NCBI GenBank assembly: GCA_965287045.1
Contig: OZ336882.1
Location: 18,538,001 to 18,602,000 of the forward strand
Source: Carcharhinus amblyrhynchos
Taxonomy: Eukaryota
Length of the DNA stretch: 64,000 nt
Reading direction: 5' to 3'
Each line of letters starts with the position of its first letter. The first letter of the stretch is position 1. The notes under the pieces are model-generated. The model saw only the letters and a list, made by a program, of their open reading frames with translations, was not told the origin of the DNA and searched no databases. A program made the position numbers and the translations under genes. Below, in pieces: positions 37,032 to 47,584 of this stretch.

Positions 37032-37573
37032 ATGTGTCCTGCCAACAGCTTATGCTTCAGAGCTAGCTGTTTCGTGGAAAGGGTCGGGTCCATTGCAATG
37101 TTTTTCAAACTTGAGTAAAATATCAAAAGGAACAAAAAAAGGAGATGTAATTTTTGCAAGAAAAGCCTTAATCTTTTGCACAGGATTGGCTGGTTTTGGG
37201 TGAATTACATTGGAAATACTAGAGCGACCTAGAGGAATCGTCAGGCCAATATGTCTATTGTCCAACCAGTGTGTCGCTTACCGTGAAGACACCCCCAAGT
37301 GTGCCGTGAAAAATATATTCAAGATGATTCAAAATTCACATAGTTAAACTAAAACTAACCTTTTTCTTCAGTTCTGCGGTTGTCTGATGAATCTTGGGCT
37401 TCTCATACATGCCTTGACTGGGAAAAAGTTGCACACGTGTGGCTTAGGTTTTTTTATGTTGGTCAGGCCTATGCACAGAACCGACGATACTTGGGGGTGA
37501 GGGCAAAATTCTAATGTGCCTGCACAAAAAGAAAGAACTCAAAAAGGGTGCAGAAACCCTGGGAAGAGTAAGA

Positions 37574-38182
37574 GAGACAAGTTTCGCAAGAGAGATATAA
37601 CTTTATAGATAATTTTGGCAGTCCATGCATATTAATAGTGAAATTTGTCTCATATTTCTGTGAAGATTCACTCGATTATGATTACGAGATCAGGCACAGT
37701 GACACAATGGTTAAGCACTGCGGCAGGGACTCGGGTTCAATTCTGGGCTTGGGTCACTGTGTGGAGTTTGCACGTTCTCCCCAGTGATTCTCTACGCAGT
37801 AGATCAAGGGTTCCCAACATTTTAAAAAGGCGTGAGAGGACAGAGAAAAGTTATAAACTAAGTTCCCAAGATGGGAAGGTGACTGAAAAAAATAGGAGAT
37901 GGCCTTAAAGTTTTTTAATACAGAGATATATAAAATGTTGGGAGCCCTTGATCTACTGTATAGAGAATCATAGGGGAGAACGTGCAAACTCCACACAGTG
38001 ACCCAAGCCCAGAATTGAATCCGAGTCCCTGCCACAGTGCTTAACCATTGTGCCACTGTGCCTGTCCTCGTAATTGTAATCGAGTGAATCTTCACAGAAA
38101 TGTGAGACAAATTTCACTATTGATATGCATGGGCTGCCAATATTATCTATAAAGTTATACCTCTCTGGCTAAACTTGTTTCC
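37574..38182. repeat. Local inverted duplication (arms ~37574-37824 and 37931-38182) of unique DNA plus a partial V-SINE
   Basis: Arms are reverse complements with about 17 mismatches over ~233 nt by eye; mirror ORFs 37645..37908(+) and 37754..38110(-). Confidence 0.95.
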
Positions 38183-38734
38183 ATTACCTGTGAAGCTACT
38201 CTCAAAATCTCACGACAGGGGGATGTTAAAAATGTAGCAGAGATGGATGAGGTGACAAGAGGTGATAAACAATCAGGGTATTATTTTACTGCTTGAAGTG
38301 GAACTGTGGAGATTTTGCCTTTTTAATATCAGACGTTAGTGTTGATGGATCCTTTCTACTAGTAAAGGTCAGTATTTGTGTTTCAAGCAAGTGGGAGCAC
38401 TTTGAGAGCAGAGAGTTATTGCAGTAAGTAGCTTCAAATTACCTTTTGTTTCTCAGGGTGGTTGGATTGAGGTGTAAGTGTGGCTTATGGAAGCAAAATA
38501 AAAGAAGCCGAGATTGAAGCAAGAAGAAGGTGGAAAATATGGTCTTGGGTCGGAGAACAGGATGATAATGGCATCAGTGGGGAGGAAGAAAGGTCAGTTT
38601 TAATTAGTGTGACAGGTAAGGATAAGAATGAGCAAAAATGATCTGGAAGAATTGTCTAGAGAATCGTAATTGAGGAAGGAGATGAAGAACTAATGCACTC
38701 TTTTTTGAGATATTGGAAGTATACTAAAATAGAG

Positions 38735-39680
38735 AACATAAGAACACAAGAAATAGAAGCAGGAGTAGGCCACCTGCCCCTTCAGGCCTGCCTGCTATTC
38801 AATGCAATCATGGCTAATCTATGCCTTCCTTAACTCCTTTTCTGTGCCATTTCCCCATAGCCGTCTACTCCTCGATCTATCAAATATTTATCCACCGCCA
38901 CTTTAAATACTTCTCATGATCCTACCTTCACCAGTCTTCAGGGCAGAGAATTCCAAAGATTCATCACCCTCTATGAACCTCACTCTTAAATGACCAGCCC
39001 TTTACCTTGTAGCTATGCCCCCCTGCTCAAGTCTCTCCCACCAGTGAAAACATCTCACCATCTACCCTGTCAAACCCCTTGGGATCTTATATGTTTGAAT
39101 AAGGTCACCCTTCATTCTTGTAAATTCCATGGAATACAGCCTTAGACTATTCGTCTTTCTGGATAGGTCAACTTTCTCAACCCAGGAATTAGCCCAGTGA
39201 ATCTCCTTCTCAACTATTTGTTGGACCTATCTGCTAGCTTTGTGTGATTCATGCGTCAGGACACCTCGATCTCTCTGTGCTTCATTCACTTGTAATCTCT
39301 CTCCATTTAGATAATAATCTGCCTTTTCGTTGCTGCTACCAAAGTGCATTCCCTCACACTTCCCCACATGAAACTCCATTTGCCAGGTTTTCACCCAGTC
39401 ACACAATCTATATATAACCCGTTGCAGAATCACAATATCCTCATCACAACATGCCATGCCCTTCCACCTATCTTCACATCAACAGCAAATTTGGAAGCCT
39501 TACATTCTGTTCCTTCCTCCAGGTCATGAATATAAATAGTGAACAATTGTGGGCCAAAAACTAAGCCCTGTGGTACTCAACTAGTTACATCTTTCCTCTC
39601 TGAAAAGGACTCATTTATTCCACCTCTTTATTTTTTAATGTGAGAATCAGTTTTCAATCCACGCTGACACACTTCCTTCG
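38735..39680 (-). mobile_element. Old CR1 3' fragment
   Basis: LQRVIYRLCDWVKTWQMEFHVGKC (ORF 39227..39457) and the tail. Confidence 0.85.
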
Positions 39681-39769
39681 CACTATCAGCATTTTTGCAA
39701 TTTCTTCCTTTGCACGATCGGGACATCAGGAACTTCATTCTATCATACCTTTTTATTTTTTTTTACAGG

Positions 39770-40390
39770 TCTGGGTGTAGCTGACCAGGCCAGCATTTAT
39801 TGCCCATCCCTCTTTGCCTTTGAAGAGGTGGTGGTGAGCTGCCTTCTTGAACCGCTGTACTCCCTGAGGCAAAGGCACACCCATAATGCTATTAGGGAGT
39901 TCCAGAATTTTGACCTAGCGACAGTGAAGGAACGGTGATATATTTCCATGTCAGGATAGTGAGTGACTTGGAGGAGAACCTCCAGATGGTGGTGTTCCCA
40001 GGTATCTAAGTTTCTACTGTCTTATCCTTCTAGATGGTAGTTGTCATGGGTTTGTAAGGTGCAGCTTAAGGAGCCTTGCTGATTTCCTGCAGTGCATCTT
40101 GTAAATGGTACACATCCCTACCTTTGTTGTCGGTGGTGGAGGAATTGGATGTTGGCGGAAAGTGTAACAATGAAATAGGCTGCTTTGTCCTGGATGGTGC
40201 CAAGCCTCTTGAGTGTTGTTGGAGCTGCACTCATCCAGGCAATTGGCAAGTATTCCGTTACACTCCTGCATTCCTGATGGTGGACATATTTTGAGAAGCG
40301 AGGAGGTCAGTTACTCACTGCAGTATTCCTAGCCTTTGACCTGCTCTGGTAGCCATGCATTTATATAGCTAGTCCAGTTCCGTTTCTGTT
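39770..40390 (-). mobile_element. 3' end of the tRNA-headed LINE family
   Basis: ggccagcatttattgcccatccc reverse tail; CTIYKMHCRKSARLLKLHL remnant. Confidence 0.85.
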
Positions 40391-41217
40391 CTGTAAGTCT
40401 ATTCCATTTACCAGCCTCCATCCCTTGATATGCTTACCTAACTATAAAATCCATGGATCTCAGTGTTTTGTCCCAAATATGTTAGTGGTGGGTTTAAAAA
40501 AATAAAAAAAGTTGTGGCTTGCACATGTTGATTCTGACAACAACAGATTCATTGTAGGAACTATTGTATGTACAGAGTCGAAAATGAAACTAAAACAGGA
40601 GCCTGTGCCAAACCCCACCATCACCATCTAATCACAACGTCTGCTCTTAAAGCAATCATGCAATCATTTAAATATATAACACCCAGTTTTAGGAATCCCA
40701 ATTGTTCTGACATCCAGAATATTTAGGGGAGAGAATTCAAAATTTATACAACTCTTTGTATGAAAAATTGCTTCTTGATTATGCCCCTTAATGATTTGAT
40801 TTTAATTTTGAGATTTATAATTCCCCCATCAAAGGAAATGGTTTTCTTCAAGAATCCCTATCCAATCCTTTTAGAATTTTAAACACTACAAAAGTTACGC
40901 ATCGACAATATTCTGTTGGCTGTGAAATACTTGAGGTTTCTGAAAGAGTACGAAAAAATTACAAACTATTCAATTTTTAAGAGACTATGCGCTCCATGAA
41001 GAAAATAACAATGGTTTCTGCTGTTGAAAAGAAATTTATTCTAATATTAAACTCTGAGGCTCACGCTGCACTGGGCATCTCAACTTCATTTAAAGTCTGT
41101 TGCTTAGCTTTGAGGCCAGGGAATTTCTGATTCCATTTGGCTATTAGACTGTGGCTGTCACTTTCTCTTTAGTCCCAGGCCATTAACCTCATCGATCATC
41201 CTTATTTTCTTTCAATT

Positions 41218-41492
41218 TATTTATTACTGTCACAAGTAGGCTTACATTAACACTGCAGAGAAGTTACTGTGAAAATCTCCGAGTCGCCCACTCTACCACT
41301 TGTTTGGGTACACTGGGAGAGAATTTATTTTGGCCAATGCACCTAACCAACACACCTTTGGGACTGTGGGAGGAAAACGGAGCACCCAAAGAAAACACAT
41401 GGAGAATGTGCACTCTACACAGACAGTCACCCTAGCTGGGAATTGAACCTGGGTCCCTGGTACTTTGAGGCAACAATGCTAACAACTGCACA
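41218..41492 (-). mobile_element. V-SINE with tail B
   Basis: Reverse tail B, V-core and head. Confidence 0.85.
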
Positions 41493-41785
41493 GTCCCCAG
41501 CATTCCCTGATGGTCATTGGGGTCAGATTCTGTATGTGCCGCGTTATCTAGAGTGGAGGAAGAATGGAAAGAACTTGGGGATGCAGGGTTCAATATCCTT
41601 GGCCATTGGCCAGCATTGCACAATTATAGCACAAGGTGTGGTGTTACAGCAGATCTGGCTCGTGATCAGGAATAGAGTGAATTCCCACCGAGGAGTGGAA
41701 CAGACTAATGCAACAGTTCAGCTTATAAAAGCCATGATGTTCAGAGGCGCCAGATGAGTGACACTATCAGGAACATCAACCAGCA

Positions 41786-42062
41786 GCATGGTGGCGCAAT
41801 GGGCATTTCTGCCTCACTGTGCCAGGGACCTGGGTTCGATTCCCAGCTTGGGTCACTCTCTGCATGTTCTCCCTATGTCTGCGTGGATTTCCTCCGGGTG
41901 CTCCAGTTTCCTCCCACAGTCCAAACGATGTACTGGTTAGGTGCATTGGCCATGCTAGATTCTCCCTCAGTGTGCCTGAACAGGCGCCAGAGTGTGGCGA
42001 CTGGAGAATTTTCGCAGTAACTTCGTTGCAGTGTTAATGTAATGTGACAAAAATAAACTTTA
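41786..42062 (+). mobile_element. V-SINE with tail B
   Basis: Head with gggttcgattccc, V-core, tail ...gtgtggcgactggagaattttcgcagtaacttcgttgcagtgttaatg. Confidence 0.88.
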
Positions 42063-42446
42063 GACTCAAAAAATAGGAGAAAATTAACCAATTGGATATG
42101 AGGGATGAAAAAATAATGAATTCCATTTATGTAGTGCTATTCATGAATGAATGTAAGATGGCCACTAAGAAATTCAGATCTGAGTAGGAAGTTGAGCAGA
42201 AAACCCCTTACTCAGTGAGTGGTTAGAATGTAGAACCCACTGTTGCAAGACGTTGCTAAAGAAAATAATATGGTTAAATTCAAGGGGAAATTAGATAAGG
42301 ACTGGTAGGAGCAAGAAATTTAAGGTTATGCTAGTAGTGTTACATGAAAAGGGATGGAAGGAGTATAATGTGGATCATAAAAATCAGGATAAAGCACTTG
42401 GACAAAGTGGCCTGTAATATTTAGTAATACAGATATTTCGTGTTTA

Positions 42447-43096
42447 ACATAAGAACATAAGAAATAGGAGCAGGAGTAGGCCATCTCGCCCTTCGAGCCT
42501 GCCCCGCCATTCAATAAGATCATGGCTGATCTGTCGTGGCTCAGTTCCACATTCCCGCCCTCTCCCCATAACCCTTAATCCCCTCTCTTATCAAAAACCC
42601 ATCAACCCGCGTCTTAAGAATATGTAGCGAGGCAGCCTCCACCACCTCAATGGGCAGAGAATCCCAGAGATTCACCACCCTTTGAGTGAAGAAGTTCCTC
42701 CTCAACTCTGTTCTAAACCGCCCCCCCTTTATCTTGAGGCTGTGCCCCCTAGTCCTACTGTCCTTTCTGAGCGGGAAGAGTCTCTCCACCTCTATCCTAT
42801 CCATCCCATTCATCATCTTATACGTCTCAATGAGATCTCCCCTCATTCTTCTAAACTCTAACGAGTACAAGCCTAGTTTATTCAGCCTCTCCTCATAGCT
42901 CAAGCTCTTCATAGCTCAAGCCCCTCAACTCCGGTATCAGCCTAGTAAACCTCCTCTGCATTCCCTCCAAGGCCAAAATATCCTTGCGTAAGTACGGCGA
43001 CCAAAACTGCACACAGTACTCCAGCTGCGGCCTCACCAATGCCCTATATAGCCGCAGCAAGACCTCCCTACTTTTATATTCAATCCCCCTCGCTAT
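42447..43096 (-). mobile_element. Young 5'-truncated CR1
   Basis: Near-identical to 1884-2520; small internal duplication tcatagctcaag at ~42893-42920. Confidence 0.95.
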
Positions 43097-43545
43097 AACG
43101 GTTCAGCTGAGTTCGTTAAAAGCGTAATTTTAAGCAAAACAATGTTAAGCCAATCATATTTTCCCATTGAATCAATGTATAAATTGCAGTTAAGGTTCTT
43201 CTGGAAGCTGGAATACAGTATGACACATGTACAGTACTACATATTCTTAAATTAAATAGCTTTGTAAAAAAGATGAAATCCTAAATACAAGATAGACATA
43301 AATTTAAATAAGAGAACACTCATGGCTGTGGAGCTTGGTTTTAAAGGTGGTGCAATAATGGGATGGATGGGCAAGATTAGCTATTAAAGACCTTGAAAAA
43401 TGTACCGAAAGACCATTTGGAGAGCTTATCTTTCTTCTGTGACTCAGTCTCCTCAAAAGTGTGAACACCATCATTGATTGTCCTGTTCTTTTAAACAGAA
43501 CTGTATTCTCTATTCGAATTTTTTGTCAATGAAGATTTCATAGTA

Positions 43546-43858
43546 TCATAGAATTCCTACAGTAAAAAAAAGGCCATTCGGCCCATCAAGTCTGTACCAA
43601 CCACAATCCCAGCCAGACTCTATTCCCGTAACCCTACACATGTACCCTGCTAATCCTCGTGCCACTAAGATCAGTTTGGAATGGCCAATCAACCTAACCT
43701 GCACATCTTTGGAGTGTGGGAGGAGACTGGAGCACCCGGCGGAAACTCACATTGACAGGGGGAGAATGTGCAAACTCCACACAGACAGTGACCTAAGGCT
43801 GGAATTGAACCCAGGTCCCTGGCACTGTGAAACAGCAGTGCCAACCACTGTGCCACCC
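43546..43858 (-). mobile_element. HE1-like V-SINE
   Basis: Head, core and tail. Confidence 0.9.
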
Positions 43859-43954
43859 TATTTCCATTATTTTTCATGAAGTTGCTCTTTTGACAGTCAT
43901 TTTATTGTCAATATTTAAGTGGGTGTTTTTTTTAATGGTGTGCTTTTTCTATTC

Positions 43955-44305
43955 TATTCATTCTTGGGCATAGGCACCGCTGGCTGGCCAGTATTTATTG
44001 CCCACCCCTAGTTGCCTGACGGTATTTGAGAGCCAAACACATTGCTGAGGGTCCAGAGTCACATGTAAGCCAGACCAGGTAAGGATAGTCGATTTCCTTG
44101 CCAAAAGGACGTTAGTGAATCAGATGCTTTTTTCCAACAATCAACAATGGTTTTGTGATCATCAGTAGATTCTTAATTCCAGATTTTTTTTATTAAATTC
44201 AAATTATACCACCTGCCATGGTGGGATTTGAATTCAAGTCCCTAGAACATTAGCTGAGTTTCTGGATTAATAGTCTAGCAATAATACCTCTCAGTCATTG
44301 CCTCC
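43955..44305 (-). mobile_element. Full short derivative: tRNA-like head + 5' body + LINE tail
   Basis: Minus strand: gggaggcaatg...taatccagaaactcagctaatgttctagg...ttcaaatcccacc...ggcaactaggggtgggcaataaatactggcc...gaatgaata. Confidence 0.8.
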
Positions 44306-45675
44306 CTTTCTTGCTAAATTCATTGTTTTACTAGTTACATTAAATCCTCATTTGACAATTCTTTTCTGTGGGACTCAAGCAATTCCACCACAAAAGCCTC
44401 TTCCATCTCTTCAAAGCCAACTTCCTTTGCCAAGTTGAACTTGGTGAAAAATGTCATCAAATCCTCAGAGGTTGTTGCCGCATTCAGGCCATGCACCATT
44501 CATGCACAGTAATATAACTACATCCCACCAATCAGCAATACTATCTGTCCCCCTGAGTATATTACAAGTATGCCACAAATCCCCTGATTATTGGCTCATT
44601 TTCATTATCAGTTTCCCTGATGCTCTGGGAGAGGGTGTAATGTAATTGACAAACCATGGACATTGCTGTTGACTCCTGATCCATGGGTTTACAATGAATT
44701 CGGGTTTGGTAGCAAGAAAATCACCTTAAGATAGTCTGATATGTCATTGTGACTTAGGACATTATCGAAGATAAAGAAAATTTAAAAGTTGACATTTCCA
44801 TTGGCACAATATTCTGACTGAACAGCGATAAAATGCAGGGAAAAATTATTGAAAAAGTGTCCCTCCTTATCCAGGAAATCTTATTTGAATGCCAAATAAC
44901 ACATAGATGTTCTTTGGTATAGCTCCACAATGACCTAAGCATCTCTGACTTAATCACCACTAAGTGCTTAAACCCGAAATCTCCTGCAGTGTTAAGCAAT
45001 CTTTTGTGGACTTAAATCCTGGCAGTCATTTCCTTTTTTGGCAATATGTGGCATATTCTTTCAGTAAGACACTTTCTCAGCAAAGTTAAAGACTCATTTT
45101 TGGTGAGTAGCCACCTTCCTCAATAATCTTCTTAAAATGGGCAGGAAATTTTGCAACCCTTCACCCTTAGTTTGATGTCATGTGATTAGCAATGCCTCAT
45201 AAAATGTTCAAACTGACCATGACTAGCACTCAAACTTTCCAACTGTGCACCCTTGCCCTGTCCATTCTTTCAGCCATCAAAAAAAAGCTTTTAGCTTTTG
45301 CTTGAATAGCTATTATAGTAAAAGGTACATTGCATTGGGTTTGGTCTTCGACCCTGACATCTTTCTGCATTTTCCATGACACTGCTTCTAACACAACTTG
45401 CCTTGGTAGCACTTAAAGGGGTAATGTTTTGCATACTTTCTTTGATCTTGTCGGCATTACCACAGATTGATCTGACCATTGTAGGAGGTGGCTGTAATGG
45501 TCTCCAAATAGCAACCACTTGTTCTCTGGTATTAAAACACCTTCAAACCTTTGGTTTCATTTCTGAGTTGATAGTTTTTCTTTGTTTCTTTCAAGTACCA
45601 AAATCAATACCATCCTGAATCGAATGTTTTTGACTTCAGTTTCTAAGGAATTCTAAAGGACTGAATCACTAAATT

Positions 45676-46170
45676 AGAATCACAGAATCTTAAGTCAAAA
45701 GGAGGCCATTCAACCCATTGAGTCTGCACTGAATCTCTGACAGAGCATCTGACTCAGGCCCACACTCCGCCCAATCCCTGTAATCCCACACATTTACCTT
45801 ACTAATCCCTCTAGCCTACCCTAAGGTGCAATTTAGCATGGCCAATCTACCTAAACTAGTGGCATGATAGCACAGTGGTTGGCACTGCTGCCTCACAATG
45901 CTAGGGACCCAGGTTCAATTCTGACCTCGGGCCACTATCTGCACGTTCTCTCTATATCTGTGTGGGATTCCTCCAGGTGCTTAGGTTTCCTCCCACAGTC
46001 TACAGATGTGCACGTTAGATTGATTGGTCATGCTAAATTGACCCTTAGTGTCGAGGGGACTAGCAGAGTCAATACGTGGGGTTAGAGAGATGGGGCCTGG
46101 GTGGAATTTGCTGTTGGTGTAGGCTTGATGGGCCGAATGGCCTCCTTCTGCCCTGTAAGGATTCTATTCT
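45676..46170. mobile_element. Two abutting HE1-like SINEs in opposite orientation (tail on minus 45676-45856; full copy on plus 45860-46170)
   Basis: Reverse tail directly followed by a forward head, core and tail. Confidence 0.8.
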
Positions 46171-46347
46171 ATTCTGACCTGCATTATCATTGCCTGAACT
46201 CTGGTATCACAAGCTTCAAAGGATAGCAAGTAACTTGAAATCGCATCCCTGTGTCCACAAGATGCAAAGTGAACTATGTGATATTAAAAGGGTTTAAGCT
46301 CTCTGCTGTGTGTGCAACTTTACAATGAATCAACATTGTGAGGAATT

Positions 46348-46535
46348 ACTGTACTACACTCAGGGCATCCCAAAGCTTAGCCGAGCCAGTCAAGTACTTT
46401 GGAAGTGTGGTCATTATTTCAGTGCATGAAAGGACAATTTGTACATAGCAAAGCTCACAAACAACAATGAGACATGTGACCAGGTAATCTGCTTCAATGA
46501 TATTGTTGCTTCCTGATAATGGGGAGGACACTGAA
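46348..46535 (-). mobile_element. Old SINE 3' part, resembling AmnSINE/Deu-type SINEs with an L2-like tail
   Basis: catcccaaagc...aagtactttggaagtgtggtca...agcaaagctcacaaacaacaatgag...gaccaggtaatctg, recognised from memory only. Confidence 0.5.
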
Positions 46536-47584
46536 GGATCCAGAGTGGAAATGTGTTATGCGCAACTCAGAAGTGCACTGCACACGGCATTGGCTGGATC
46601 ACCTTCTGGTTATCCAGGCAGGGGGTCTTGCAGACGTTTTAGACTTCTTTCTACAATTGCTTTCAAGCTGACCACAGCGTGGCCACACAGACTGCATTCA
46701 GCTTTCTCAGGTGAACAGAAGCCAACCCAATAATGTCTAAAGGGACCTCTGGAAGCTGTCACCAAAAATGTAAGCAAAAGATGTAAGCAAAAAACGTAGG
46801 TGTGTAGTCAGGAGGACTCTATAATTCACCTGTGGATCATTGCTGATCTTGGCCCAAATTCACACCATTTCCAAGATTTATCCAATGTCCTTACCTGGGA
46901 TCCCAGTAGACTCATCTTCCTACGTTTGCCTCCATCTTCTCATCATCTCTAGACACATGAGGAAGGCCCTTGGCTATATGAGCGGAGTTAGCACACCCAC
47001 TTTCCTATTGATGCTTGTAGGCATGTGCGCTGTACCTGAATAAAATCCCAAGTTGGGACATAAACCTGCAGAAAATTATTCACAATGTTCCGATTGCCTT
47101 CCAAGGAAATGTTTCATTCAGTTACCCCCTGGTACTTTAATTTGAATTGTTTAAAATCAGATTGAGTGGACCAACACTCCGAGTCCTGCACCTTGAAACA
47201 TCAATAATATCTCTCTGCTGAGGCTGGGAGCTAAGCTCATAATGTTGCTAGCCGATCACAAAATAGCCCAGTCATATCAATCAGTGAGGATGCAGACAAA
47301 AGCAGCAAGACAATTCAAGTGAAAAGTTATGAGACAAAAATAGAGATAGCCGAGTTCTGCAAGTTTGTAAGGGTGGTGGTTAAGAGAAAACCTCATCAAA
47401 GCACATAAAATATTAAACTGCATAGACAAGGGAAACCCTTAGCATTGCTTTAAAGTAAAGCCAGAAAGTCCAGAGGACATCAATTTTTTAAATAATGTTA
47501 AGAGATAGTGGAGATAGCTATCATTCTGAGTGTGATATTTCTGAGTTGCTTTTCCAGACAGTGGAACAGTGACAAGATTTTATT

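Larger units (their letters stand above)
42428..45620 (-). mobile_element. Tigger/pogo-like (Tc1/mariner superfamily) DNA transposon fossil with nested retroelements
   Basis: Minus-strand remnants: MVRSICGNADKIKESMQNITPLSA (HTH region), QTQCNVPFTIIAIQAKAKSF (CENP-B-type HTH), NTAGDFGFKHLVVIKSEMLRSL...VIWHSNKISW (DDE_1 region), KPMDQ (~44680); probable terminus ta-cag at ~42428. Confidence 0.8.
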
